DNA of 63,869 nt, counting the filler, from Octopus bimaculoides (lineage: Eukaryota): the NCBI RefSeq assembly GCF_001194135.2. It is 6 parts of 5 records of this genome, joined end to end, with 100 filler letters (N's around TTAATTAATTAA, not from the genome) between each part and the next. Parts side by side here need not be neighbours in the genome. Positions count along the whole stretch, not along the records: positions 23,671 to 45,351 come from NC_068986.1; positions 45,452 to 51,049 come from NC_069007.1; positions 51,150 to 55,983 come from NC_069002.1; 3 more parts are not named here. One strand, written 5' to 3'. Below, piece after piece: positions 39,166 through 52,510 of the stretch (position 1 is its first letter; each line of letters opens with the position of its first letter). The notes under the pieces were generated by a model. That model searched no databases. It was not told the DNA's origin and saw nothing but the letters and a program-made list of their open reading frames with translations. A program made the translations under genes and the position numbers.

Positions 39166-39210
<45 letters not shown>

Positions 39211-40384
39211 TANNNNNNNNNNNNNNNNNNNNNNNNNNNNNNNNNNNNNNNNNNNNNNNNNNNNNNNNNNNNNNNNNNNNNNNNNNNNNNNNNNNNNNNN
39301 NNNNNNNNNNNNNNNNNNNNNNNNNNNNNNNNNNNNNNNNNNNNNNNNNNNNNNNNNNNNNNNNNNNNNNNNNNNNNNNNNNNNNNNNNNNNNNNNNNNN
39401 NNNNNNNNNNNNNNNNNNNNNNNNNNNNNNNNNNNNNNNNNNNNNNNNNNNNNNNNNNNNNNNNNNNNNNNNNNNNNNNNNNNNNNNNNNNNNNNNNNNN
39501 NNNNNNNNNNNNNNNNNNNNNNNNNNNNNNNNNNNNNNNNNNNNNNNNNNNNNNNNNNATAATAATAATAATAATAATATGACAACAAAGGAATGAATGA
39601 GACCTCGATATTATGTAGAATAGAGGAATTTATCTATAAATATAATATGTGAGTCTGGTTCGGTATTGATCTCCACGTGGATAAGAACTGGGACGAGGTG
39701 ACGAACAGGGAGACTACTCTCACCCAGAAATGAGCAGAGTGGAACCCGTCATCTATCGCTCGACCGTCGTGCCCACCCCGGCAACCGCTCGATCAGGTTG
39801 AAACGCCTGTTATCTATTTTCTTGTGGAAAGGATGCGTTTCAGTGATTAAGCGTTCAGTCTGTTGTCAGCACTCGCTGAACGGTGGCTTAAGCATACCAT
39901 AGCTTTCGATTTGCAGACACAGGATGAAATTACGCCACTTACAATGATTCCTACATGTCGAACAAGAATGGTCTCCACTCATATCTTTCTGCTGTTCGTC
40001 TCCTCTCTACCAGTGGGACAATGAGATCGGTGGACGTTTCACTCTAGCAACAGATAAAGGATTAGTGATGGAAAAGTGTGACGGTGTTCTCAGGGAGACT
40101 CCGAGCATCGATGAAATTGAAATGGCTAGTCTGTTCCGGAGGATGTTCCGGAGGATGTTCCGGAGGATATTCCGGTCGGGGACTTTCAAAATTAGTAAGA
40201 GTAGATGGTACTGTTCTACGTGCAGACCTGTAACTCGAAGAAGAATTGGAGAGAGCACTTGCCTTTGTATTCAGGAAGATCCTGGACGATGGGGTTCCTA
40301 AATTATCCTTAGAAGTCTTCCTTTATCAGGAGGACGACATCACTGTCATCCCTTTTCCTTTCTTTCTTTTTACACTTACTCTTT

Positions 40385-40865
40385 CACTCTTTTACTTGTT
40401 TCAGTTATTTGACTGCGGCCATGCTGGAGCACCGCCTTTAGTCGAGCAAATCGACCCCGGGNNNNNNNNNNNNNNNNNNNNNNNNNNNNNNNNNNNNNNN
40501 NNNNNNNNNNNNNNNNNNNNNNNNNNNNNNNNNNNNNNNNNNNNNNNNNNNNNNNNNNNNNNNNNNNNNNNNNNNNNNNNNNNNNNNNNNNNNNNNNNNN
40601 NNNNNNNNNNNNNNNNNNNNNNNNNNNNNNNNNNNNNNNNNNNNNNNNNNNNNNGGGGGGGGGGGGGACAAACACAGACACACAAACACACGCACACATA
40701 TATATATATATACAGATACATATATACGACGGGCTTCTTTCAGTTTCCGTCTACCAAATCCACTCACAAAGCGTTGGTCGGCCCGAGGCTATAGTAGGAG
40801 ACACTTGCCCAAGGTGCCACGCAGTGGGACTGAACCCGGAACCATGTGGTTAGTAAGCAAGCTAG
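40385..40865 (-). mobile_element. SINE family B spanning a gap
   Basis: The 3' half lies at 40385-40461 and the 5' half at 40665-40865 (GACGGGCTTCTTTCAGTTTCCGTCTACCAAATCC...CCACGCAGTGGGACTGAACC). Confidence 0.85.
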
Positions 40866-41051
40866 CCTTCTTTGTTTTATTGTGTTACCGTGTATACATT
40901 CTATTTTTTTATTATTATTTCCTCATATGTAAACCCAATATTTTTATGTCTGTGTTTGTATTGTTCCTCTTATCCTTCGCCCTGATGGCAAATAAAAGAA
41001 ATCATCATTTTTACTATTATTATCATCATCATTATTATTATTATCATTATT

Positions 41052-41085
<34 letters not shown>

Positions 41086-43745
41086 TACTCTTTAAAACTG
41101 TCCATTACAAAGATTGTTTGTCTTTTTCCTTACATCTTTCTGTCGCTCATTCAAATCCAGTTTTTCAACAATTAATGAGTTTAAAATCAAACTAAATGTC
41201 AATATCTATAATAAATACTGCTTATTCCATATGATGCCTATAACAATAAAATAATAAATGATAAAAGAAAAAAAGCTGAAAACTAATAAAAGAAAAATCT
41301 ATTTGGAAAAAAAAAATCATTAAAAAAATTTTTTTCTCTGCTTTAGCGACATCAGTTCCAGAAGCAAGAGAATTATACACAATTGAATGGTCACTTCCTT
41401 TTCCCATTGTTCGCTGCCTCTCTTTTTTGTGTAAACTGTATTTTTGTGGTCGTATGGCAAAATAAAAAAAAATACATAAATATAAATAAATAGGCTTTTT
41501 AAAAAATATAACAAAAACAAGAAATTCTCTATTATTATGTGTCTTTCCAAGTGTCACTAGAAGAGGAGGGAAGTATAAGAAGTGAGAAAGGAGAGAGAGA
41601 AAGCAAGGGAGACAAGTGAGTAAAGTGGCATGATTGCCGTCAATTCAATTGTCAGGATTGCAGCGCAAAAGTGCGCACATATTTTATTTGCTAAGACTTG
41701 AAGAGCTGTCTGGGCTTTGGCAGTCTCCCATTTTCTATTGTGTTTATATGTTTATTTATATGTGTATAAATTACATATATTTATGTGTTTACGTCTTATG
41801 TTTACATTTGTTTTTTTCTTCTTTTTCTTTCTTTTTTTTTTTTGTATTATGAACATTTTAGATGCAATTAGCAGAAATTACTTTTTCTTATTTATTTCGC
41901 TGCTTCCAGCTCCTTACAATGGCGATGAGAAGCAGGCAATAAAGCCAACCAGGCTTGTTTCCACATTTTATTTAAATGATATGATAGTTTATTCTCGTGA
42001 TGCTTTAGTTGCGTCGCTTTAGATTCTCAGTTCAAATCTAACTCGATTCAGCATTTCTTTTCATCTTCCCATGTTCTATAAGATAAAATAAAACAAAATA
42101 AAATAATCAAACTAATCAGCTGCTCAGGTAGATTAATTGGTTACTTCTATTAGTCTAAATTTCTCACATTATGTGAAATTTGCGCAGCTATCTTTATTAA
42201 ATCACTGATTCTATTTTTACGGCGTGTTTTCGGTGTATAATAAAGTGCAGCTCTGTGTGCCTGGAAAAAGTTAAATTCAGAGATGCAACAGTGTAAATAT
42301 ACTACTTACACACATACACGCTTCTCTATGCGTGTATATGTGCCTGTGTGTTTGTGCGTGTAGTTTATTGAAACTGAATGCTTAACTTGTAATTGGAATT
42401 TCACGCCACTGCCATCTTCAAGCGAGAACTGCTACAAGTCGGCTTAGTAGTATATTTATATTCGTTGGGGTGGGTATGATGACTTGTCTGTGTCAGTTCA
42501 ATAATTTTGAATTCTGCGTTTGTTGAATGAATGTTATTTTTCGGTTTCTTCATTAATAATTATGCTTCTGTGGTCAGTTGAATTTGTTGACGAAGAGGCG
42601 GCGTTTTATTAATTTTTTTTTACTGAACTCTGCTGTTAATCTAATTAAGACTAGTTTTTATCAAGTTTCTTTTGGTGCGTATCGTATTTTGTTTGTAAAT
42701 TTTGAGGTCAAAGCAGAATGGTGTTATATGTGTAAATATCATTTTGGTGAAGGTTAAGAGTTTTTAAAGACTTACTTGCGTGTGAGCGCGAGCCTTGTGT
42801 ACTTAACTCTGAAACTAAATAAAGACATTATTTATTTATTTATTGATGGAGGGGTGTCTCATACTGTGACATATTTAATGGGTGAGTGACTTTGCTAATA
42901 TGTTTGGAAACATTTCTAGTCAAGAACGAAAGATTTAAAAGCTTCTTCATAGGTAAATTTGGGGTGGTTTATTGAATTTGCTAAACTAATAAAAGATTTT
43001 TGTATATGTCATTGGAAAATTTGGAAATGTACTGTGTGAATTGAAATTTTTAGTTTCGTTCGCTTATGTTTGTGTGTGCGCGGGCATGCATGCGTGCGTG
43101 TGTCTCTGTGTGTGTGCATGTGTGCATGTGCATGTTTGTGCTTCCTGATTTTGGTATCACGTGGTAGTTGTAAACAAGTGCTGTCATTATTATACAAGTA
43201 GTATCATACATTTTCAATCTTCCATGTAAAGTTGTCCAGTTATGGAGAAATATTACCTTGTTTGGAAACGAGTGAGGGTTTGGAGACAGGAAGGGCTTCA
43301 CACCCATGGAAAAAAAGGCCTACCTCAATAAATGTCTGTTTTGATCATGTGTATGTGTGTGTGTATGTGTGTGTGCGTGTGTGTTTGCGCATGTGAGTGT
43401 GTGTGTGGGGGGGGGCTGCGTGTGTGTGTGTGTGCGAGTATGTGTGTGTATTTGTGCGTGTGTGTGTTTCTGCGTATTTCTTTTCATTACGTGTCTTTTT
43501 GGTGATTTCTGGTGGGAAGGCTTTGATCTTTGTGCTGCAATTAAAAATCCTTCAGTCTCTGCTTTGAGCTCTGAGCTTCTCAGCCATTGTTGGGATTTTG
43601 CTTTGTCTATTTCTTTTTTGCTTAGCTTAAGTCAATATTTACTACGAAGGGGCTTTTCCTGCCATCGTTTTATCATGATACGTTGTTGTTCCAGTTTTAG
43701 TTTGGATTTCAATTGTTTTACAACTTTTGTTGTTTCTTCTTTTTC

Positions 43746-44105
43746 TTAATAGCTGTTACGTGCTATGACTTCTTTTTTGTATTTTTCAGGTTCCTTAAAG
43801 ACAGAAAACAGTTTCCTGTTTTGTTCGTGTTTTGTGGCTATTTGTATTAGTTTTCCTTGCTTCTGAAGTAGGTGTTTCTGTAGTCCTATGGCGGTTATTT
43901 TGTAATAGTTTTCTAGCTGTGTAAGACCTCCACCTCCTTCGATATACTGCATATATAGCCTTTCTATGTCAGATTGTGGGTGGTGCATCCTATATCCTGC
44001 CATTATTTTTCCTGTTTTCTTGTCTATTTTGATTAGTTCACTTCGAGTCCAGTTAAGAATATTCTAGCTATAACTTATAACTGGGACGGGTAATACCAAG
44101 TAGAA
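43746..44105 (-). pseudogene. Dong/R4-type LINE ORF fragment (post-RT region)
   Basis: LPVPVISYS*NILNWTRSELIKIDKKTGKIMAGYRMHHPQSDIERLYMQYIEGGGGLTQLENYYK. The motifs R.HHP..D.ERLY and GG.GL are typical of R4/Dong. Confidence 0.8.
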
Positions 44106-44834
44106 AAGAAGTGGAGAGAGCGTGTATCCCTGGAATTTTCATCTTCTAATGAGGATGGCTTTGATTTTTATGAATTCCTCTTTTGTCTAGAGCTGTAGCA
44201 CTGGGGTCGATATAAATCGCCTTAATCCCTTCCCCAAATTTAAGGCCTTGTGTTTCCAGCAGAAACAGTTATTATTATTATTGTTGTTGTTGTTGTTATT
44301 ATTCAGTATTTGCTCAAGAAGAGTGTCTCATACTTTGAAGATAGCATGTTAAAATAATGACATTACAGAGAGTTTGGAAGCCATTGGACAAGTATGTGGT
44401 TTCCGGGAATTCTGGCTACTATTTCTAGCACGCTGTGTGATCACACAGGACCACTTTCGTCATATTTTGATGGTAGACAACTGCATCATGAATAAGAAAA
44501 TGGATCTCAGTTGGAATTTGCAACCATGAGTTTTCGGTTCTTCAATCAACTGAATTTCCTGCCCATTGAATTAATGTATAAATGGCTGAATATTCCAAAG
44601 ACACATGGTACCCATAGCATAATTTCTGAGACCACGCTGCATGACTACACTTGTGCGTAACAAGGCTGGCCCTTAGAATCATCAATATAATCCACACGGT
44701 CTTCATCTTCAGAATTTTACGTTTGAACGACCTGAAATTTTATTAGCTTAACTGTTTTGATGTTTTTGGTAAGGAACCGTATAGTACGTGAACCATGTTC
44801 TTCTTCTATGTAACGTCACCATCATATCAATAGG

Positions 44835-45257
44835 ACTGAGGCAGTGAGCGGGCAGAATCATTAAAATGTCGGACAAAATGCTTAGCGGAATTTCTTCCGG
44901 GTTTTACATTCTCAGATCAAACTCTGTCGAGGTTGACTTCCAGTATCTGTTGAACTTTGGCGTCAATGAAATCGGTTTATTCTTCCCGTAAAACATCTGG
45001 CTTTGTGCCGAAATTTGAAACCATTTATCAGGAGGCGAACTGGCAGAATCGTTAGCATGTCGCACAAAATGCTTAGCAGCATTTTTTCCGACTCATTACG
45101 TTCTGAGTTCGAATTCCACTGGAATCAGGTCGACTTTGCCTCCTATCTTTCCGAGTTCGATATAATAAAATACCGATTGAGTATTTGGGTCGATGAAGTT
45201 GACTCTCCTTCTCCCCAACAAAATCCCCACCTCCAAATTTCTGGCTTTGTGCCTATG

Positions 45258-45260
<3 letters not shown>
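44835..45260 (+). mobile_element. Two tandem family A SINEs, followed by (ATT)n
   Basis: GAGCGGGCAGAATCATT...AAATGCTTAGC and GCGAACTGGCAGAATCGTTAGC...GGTCGACTTTGCC. Confidence 0.8.
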
Positions 45261-45299
<39 letters not shown>

Positions 45300-45865
45300 T
45301 AGTTTTATTTTTATAACGTGCTTTCACTTCACTACCGAGCGCAGCTCTGTGNNNNNNNNNNNNNNNNNNNNNNNNNNNNNNNNNNNNNNNNNNNNTTAAT
45401 TAATTAANNNNNNNNNNNNNNNNNNNNNNNNNNNNNNNNNNNNNNNNNNNNAATGAAGCCTCTTGCCAGACCTCCACCATGTCAGGACAATCTTGACCTA
45501 GTTTAAGGTTCCTCTCCGTCTGTGTGTGCCTTTCTGTGTGTGCCTTTCTGTGTGTGTCTGTGTGTGTACGTTTTTTTTTCTCTCCCTCCCTCCCTCTCTT
45601 ATTAAAAAAAAACGCAGCCAGTTTCATACCTCCAGCAATGTGGCCACCACGTCACACACACGCACACACACACCACCACCCCCACCGCCGCTGCCGCCAC
45701 CACCACTTACTAACGGGGAGCGCGAGGATGTTAGACGAGGCACAGGTGCGCGTGAGTTACACAAAAGTGAAAAGTTATCCATTTCTCTCGGGATAACACA
45801 GAAATTATAATGTCAGCTTGTATATTTGTGGAAGGATGCGACTATATTATGATTTCCATTATTAT

Positions 45866-45905
<40 letters not shown>

Positions 45906-46607
45906 NNNNNNNNNNTATATATATATATACACATATATATTTATACTTAGATATATATACGGCACACACCACTATATAACAATATTTACATAAATTTTTA
46001 CATATATATATATATATATGCATGTGAATCTATTATGTATTTGCATATGTACATTAGAAATGTATATATAAATGTGTATGTGCATGTATGTAGATATGCA
46101 TATATACAGGTGTGTGTGTGTGTATGGTGTATATATAGAGAGAAAGAGAAGGGGAAGAGATGGGTGAGAGACCGAGAGGGGGAGGGAAGGAGAGAGGTGA
46201 GAGGGGATGAGGGAAAATAGGCTTCTGGGGGTTTGCTTAAAGAACCTCTTTATCTTTTGCACGAAGTCTTGAAGCTATGATTTAACAAAAACCGCAGAGA
46301 TAAAGAGAGTATGTCTGTGGAACGAAGCTTGGTGAAATGGCTTCAATCAGGCACCAATTGTGGTCGTGGGGCCTGGGGGAGACGAATTAAGGTTTATCTG
46401 TCTCAGTTGTTATATGAAGATAAGGACAACGAGGTGGATGTGTACGTGTATATAAATGCGTTTGTGTGTATATACATATATATATACATACACACACATA
46501 TGTATGCATATATGTACATACATGTTTGTTTTATATATACATATAAGCATATATATATACGTATAACATATATATTACATGTTTATATATGTTGTATATG
46601 AAGAATT

Positions 46608-46644
<37 letters not shown>

Positions 46645-46744
46645 NNNNNNNNNNNNNNNNNNNNNNNNNNNNNNNNNNNNNNNNNNNNNNNNNNNNNNNN
46701 NNNNNNNNNNNNNNNNNNNNNNNNNNNNNNNNNNNNNNNNNNNN

Positions 46745-47005
46745 TAACTTAGTGGTTCGCGCAAAAGAGACCGATTGAATCAGTGTTAGGCTTACAAAGA
46801 ATAATTCCTTATTCTTTGTCCTTACAGAGTATAAGTCGATTTACAAAGTATAAGTCGATTTACAAAGTATAAGTCGATTTACAAATCGATTTGTAATAAA
46901 TCCTTACAGAGAATAAGTCGATTTCTGCGTCTAAAGACCCTTTAATGCGGTGCTCCAGCATGGCCGCAGTCAAATGACAGAAACAAGTAACAGAATAACA
47001 GAATA
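46745..47005 (+). mobile_element. SINE family B, 3' half, with an internal 19-bp tandem repeat
   Basis: TACAAAGTATAAGTCGATT occurs about three times at ~46822-46882 inside the SINE body. Confidence 0.8.
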
Positions 47006-47439
47006 TTAGAATAGTGTATCCAGGGCTACTTTATGTAATGGTTTTTCCATTTGTTTAAGACAGAAGAGTGAAAGATGAGGGAGAATTTCGAACTACTTTT
47101 GGCAGTGTTGTGTGACCTCATAGAGACTTCCTGATTGGCTCAGCTGTTGGTTTGGTTAAGTTAAACGGAAGTTTAAGGAGCAATAAGACATCCTTCTTCC
47201 TTGTTTTGCTTTGTAACAGACACTCGTTTATAAATTGATTTCTTCCGGTCCTAATCGTTTCTTATATTCTTTTGCAGTTTCTTTACTCCCTCGTTCACAC
47301 ACACACACACGCACACGCGCACACGCACACGCACACACTCACGTATACCCACACATAATCATACGCGTACATACAGAAATACTTACAAATGTCATCTACT
47401 GCATTCGCCATGATAGATCGCTAGCCACTACACATTCTT

Positions 47440-47600
47440 TATTTTCTCTCCTTGTTTCTTTCTGTGTTCCTTTCTGTGGCAGAGCGTAGGCTCGAAACGT
47501 TAAAGACTTTTTCATTTCCCGAGCGATAAACTAATACATCTGTTTGTTGTCTACACCACCTGTCTTCGTCTTTTGGGGGTTTTTTTGTGAATTCTCCCCC
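47440..47600 (+). mobile_element. Penelope pLTR-like tail with a degenerate hammerhead fold
   Basis: CTTT-CTGTGGC-A-GAGC(GTAG)GCTC-GAAA-CGTT-AAAG at 47470-47505, followed by the ...GTGAATTCTCCCCC(TA)n end. Confidence 0.5.
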
Positions 47601-47644
47601 TATATATATATATATATATAAACACATACATATATACATTTTAT

Positions 47645-47795
47645 TTACGACAGGCTTCTTTCAGTTACCGTCTACTAAATCCACTCACGAGGCTTTATTC
47701 GGCCCGAAGATATAGTAAAAGACACTTGCCTAAGGTGCTAGCCACACAATGGCACTGAACCTGCGACCATCTGGTTGCGAAGCAAGCTTCTTACC
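47645..47795 (-). mobile_element. SINE family B, 5' half
   Basis: GGCTTCTTTCAGTTACCGTCTACTAAATCCACTCAC...GCAAGCTTCTTACCACAC. Confidence 0.8.
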
Positions 47796-48575
47796 ACACA
47801 CACACACACACAGAATTTATGTATATGTCAGGGAAAATAAGTTGTTGTGTATGAACCATCAAGATCACTTTCTACATGGTCTCTGATCCTACATCTAGTC
47901 CTTTTTTTCTTTTTCTCTTTCTTATTCTTTAAGTGAATGCCAGCTGTTCTCTCCTTATATTTCCAACGCCTCTAGATTAATGCTCAACTCTGAGGTAGTT
48001 TTGGTTGCTATCTCTAGCATGTCTAGTGACTACATTGAGTTACCCGTCGTAGTTGAACTGACTTTAAGTTGGCCAACGAAACCAAGGAAAGTAAATTCAT
48101 TTCCGGTTGATTTAATACCAACAACACTACAGCACAACAGCGCCACGCAGTGGTGCTTTCGCCGACTCGAAAACGTATCCGGCCCATTTCTAAGAGGGCA
48201 TAACTCCAATTGGACTAGAAGCTTGAATTGCGTTTAACAAGTAAGATGATCCTGTGTCATGTGACGCGTGACATGTGACATGTTCAACGAGAGATTAACA
48301 AAGTTTTGGGATGAAAGGTTAGAGAAGGGATCAAGTGACGGTAGCCAGTAATGATTGTAACGGATAATGGCGGCGGTGGGGAGGAGGAGGAGGAGGAGGA
48401 AGGAAAGAAAGAGAGGGAGTGATCATCGGGAAATTATGCCATGACCTCGTTTCAGAAAGACTATACATACATACATACATACATACATACATACATACAT
48501 ACATACGAATATATATATATACATTTATATATAACACATATATATGCATATACATATATATACATATATACACAC

Positions 48576-48621
<46 letters not shown>

Positions 48622-48631
48622 NNNNNNNNNN

Positions 48632-48669
<38 letters not shown>

Positions 48670-48744
48670 GTATATATATATATATGTATGTATATATGTC
48701 GGTCAATTATAATTCGGTTATAGTACACTCACACGCATACACAC

Positions 48745-48787
<43 letters not shown>

Positions 48788-48944
48788 CATACATATGCAG
48801 ACCTATATTGTATACGTAGTAGCGCGTGCATATTAGATATAAACATATACTGATAATAGATATAATACAAAAACGCACACATACATACATACACACAGGC
48901 ACATATGCGCGCGCACACACACACTTGTGTGTGTGTGTTGTCAG

Positions 48945-49135
48945 CTACTTGTTTCAATCATTAGACTGTTTCCATGCCAGGGGCACCGCCTTCTTTTTAG
49001 TTGCATGAATCGACCCCAGTATTCGTCAAGCCTGGTATTTACTCTATCGGTTTCTTTTTCGAACCGCTAAGTTACGAGGATGCAAAAACTCCAACACCGC
49101 TTGACAAGCGGTGGTGATGGAGACAAACGCAGACA
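48945..49135 (-). mobile_element. SINE family B, 3' half
   Basis: GAACCGCTAAGTTACG...ACACCGCTTGACAAGCGGTGGTG. Confidence 0.75.
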
Positions 49136-49157
49136 GAAAGACACAGGCATATAGACA

Positions 49158-49193
<36 letters not shown>

Positions 49194-49608
49194 TATAAAT
49201 ATATATATATATTTATTTTTTTATTTATATATATATATTTATTTATATATATATAGCAATGTCAAATCTCTGAGCGAGGTATTAACAGTAACTGCACGAC
49301 AAGGTGAAGTATATTTGCCACTTAAATGTGGCTGACCCCTAAGGGTGGATGTTACTGTTGCTTTTAGCTCCAGGAGAACATCTCCTCCAGCTGGCTATCG
49401 ACACACATCTGTGTCCTGTCTATATTTGCAAAGGGTTGTAATCCTTCCCATCTCGATACGACGAGCTTCTTTCAGTTTCCGTCAGCCAAATCCACTCAGA
49501 AAGTTTTGGTCGGGCCGAGGCTATAATAGAAGACACCTGTCCCTTTTATGTGTCACCAAACTGCCTGGATGTTTTGCGTTCTCGTCCCATTTTTGTATTA
49601 TATACACA

Positions 49609-49850
49609 CACAGGGTAGGCCAAAAGTCACCCTACAGTAAATCAAAATTCCACAAGTACTATCTGTTGTTCTGTATTGACTCAAATGGAAAAATGTGTCG
49701 TTCAAGAAGGACTTCAGTTTGAACAATATTCACGACGTTTCATATTTAGATGCTTTTATTAATTAAATTCATTCAGTTGTTAAAAAATAAATAAATCTTG
49801 GAATTAAATGGTTTTGATTGACTGTCAGGTGACTTTTGGCCAACCCTGTG
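49609..49850. mobile_element. Non-autonomous Tc1/mariner element (~240 bp)
   Basis: TIRs CACAGGGTAGGCCAAAAGTCACCT / AGGTGACTTTTGGCCAACCCTGTG in a TA/(CA)n context. The interior retains a transposase C-terminal relic (CIDSNGK...QFEQ). Confidence 0.85.
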
Positions 49851-49891
49851 TATACAGACAGACAGACAGATAGATAGATAGATAGACAGTC

Positions 49892-49968
<77 letters not shown>

Positions 49969-50042
49969 TGAGTGAGTATGTATATATATATGTCTATTTA
50001 TATGTATACATGTAGTTGTATATGTATTTATATAAGTATGTA

Positions 50043-50092
<50 letters not shown>

Positions 50093-50897
50093 NNNNNNNN
50101 NNNNNNNNNNNNNNNNNNNNNNNNNNNNNNNNNNNNNNNNNNNNNNNNNNNNNNNNNNNNNNNNNNNNNNNNNNNNNNNNNNNNNNNNNNNNNNNNNNNN
50201 NNNNNNNNNNNNNNNNNNNNNNNNNNNNNNNNNNNNNNNNNNNNNNNNNNNNNNNNNNNNNNNNNNNNNNNNNNNNNNNNNNNNNNNNNNNNNNNNNNNN
50301 NNNNNNNNNNNNNNNNNNNNNNNNNNNNNNNNNNNNNNNNNNNNNNNNNNNNNNNNNNNNNNNNNNNNNNNNNNNNNNNNNNNNNNNNNNNNNNNNNNNN
50401 NNNNNNNNNNNNNNNNNNNNNNNNNNNNNNNNNNNNNNNNNNNNNNNNNNNNNNNNNNNNNNNNNNNNNNNNNNNNNNNNNNNNNNNNNNNNNNNNNNNN
50501 NNNNNNNNNNNNNNNNNNNNNNNNNNNNNNNNNNNNNNNNNNNNNNNNNNNNNNNNNNNNNNNNNNNNNNNNNNNNNNNNNNNNNNNNNNNNNNNNNNNN
50601 NNNNNNNNNNNNNNNNNNNNNNNNNNNNNNNNNNNNNNNNNNNNNNNNNNNNNNNNNNNNNNNNNNNNNNNNNNNNNNNNNNNNNNNNNNNNNNNNNNNT
50701 ATATATATATATATATATATATGTGCACATATATATGTGTATATATATATATATATATATTCATATATATGTATGTATGTATGTATGTATATATGTATGC
50801 ATGTATATAGATATATATATGTGTGTGTTTGTGTATGTGTGTGTATGCATATCTAAATACATTCATATGTATATATGTATCCAGTGAGAGAACGAAA

Positions 50898-50936
<39 letters not shown>

Positions 50937-50998
50937 CACACACATTACTATATATCAAATCACACATTCCTTGTAAAATCCTTATATAAGCATATGTG

Positions 50999-51049
<51 letters not shown>

Positions 51050-51196
51050 NNNNNNNNNNNNNNNNNNNNNNNNNNNNNNNNNNNNNNNNNNNNTTAATTA
51101 ATTAANNNNNNNNNNNNNNNNNNNNNNNNNNNNNNNNNNNNNNNNNNNNTTTGACATTCCACATCTCGTTCCGGATAGCTCTGAATTAGCCAGGCT

Positions 51197-51271
<75 letters not shown>

Positions 51272-51606
51272 CACCGCCGCCGCCGCCACCACCACCTCCA
51301 CGGCTACCACATCACCCGACCATTACTATATATGTACATATATATATATAAATGGTAGTAATATATGTATGTGCGTGTTTGTGTGTATATATATATATAT
51401 ATATAAAGATAGATGTACATGTGTATACGGTATACAGAAACTATACAAAAGTAAGTTGTTTATACACACATGCATGCAGATACACACATATCTACATACA
51501 TATACATATATACATATATATATATGTGTATATATATATGTATACATACATACATATACATATATACATACATATGTATATACATCTATATTTATATATG
51601 TATGTA

Positions 51607-51860
51607 AGGGCGTATAGCTTAGTGGTTAGGGTCTTGAACTCATAATCATGAGACCCGCTGGTGCGTTGTATTCTGGAGCAAAATACGCCATCTTGCATTG
51701 CTCTGCAATCATTAGGACACCTGACATACGTACTACATCGTGCACCCGTTGAGGCAACGTCGATTTGATGGTGGGAGTTGTCTAATACGCAGCGCTAACA
51801 TTTGAACATTATATACAAATCATTTGTGCAGGTCATACAGAAAGAACTTGCAGAACCGTC
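51607..51860 (+). mobile_element. tRNA-derived SINE family C
   Basis: A-box GGCGTATAGCTTAGTGGTTAGGG, then GCGTTGTATTCTGGAGCAAAATAC. Confidence 0.65.
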
Positions 51861-51879
51861 TTTCTTGAACTCAAAAGAC

Positions 51880-52250
51880 TACCATTCATCTATGTATATC
51901 GGCGAACGACTTATCTACATGAGAGCACATCTTTTGTAATGATGTACAGTGGATTGCGGTTTTCATGAGAATAATTTGTGTATGATAGGTTTGTGGAATG
52001 ATGCTTCCAAGAAAGGATGTTTCCTAAAGTTTAGTTTTTCCGAGTTTACCCAATGGTACAGCATTTTAGAAAAGATGTCTTGGATAGAGAAGTTTTGTTA
52101 GAATGTTCAGAGAAACGAATATTTAATAATGGTGTGTTCTAAAAGTTTTTGTTAATGTCTCAAGGAACAACATTTTAGTAACGATGTCCAGAAAAATAAA
52201 TCTCAATACAAGTGTCCTAGGCAACAGAATTCTGGGAAGAATGCCAAAGC
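51880..52250 (-). pseudogene. Penelope-like element C-terminal/GIY-YIG remnant
   Basis: The minus strand gives FRTHHY*IF (cf. FP..H.Y.KIFN) and later a PLGK motif, with stops and frameshifts. Confidence 0.35.
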
Positions 52251-52261
52251 AAAAAAAATAA

Positions 52262-52293
<32 letters not shown>

Positions 52294-52304
52294 ATATGTT
52301 TGTG

Positions 52305-52510
52305 TGTCTGTGTTTGTCCCCACCCCGCAACATCGCTTGACAACCGATGCTGGTGTGATTACGTCCCCGTAACTTAGCAGTTCGGCAAAAGTGACTGATA
52401 GAATAAATACTAGGCTTCCAAAGAATAAGTCCCGGGGTCGATTTGCTCGACTAAAGGATGGCCAGAGTCAAATGACTGAAACAAGTAAAAGAGTAAAAGA
52501 GTAAAAGAGT
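52305..52510 (+). mobile_element. SINE family B, 3' half
   Basis: Nearly identical to 23755-23957. Confidence 0.85.
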
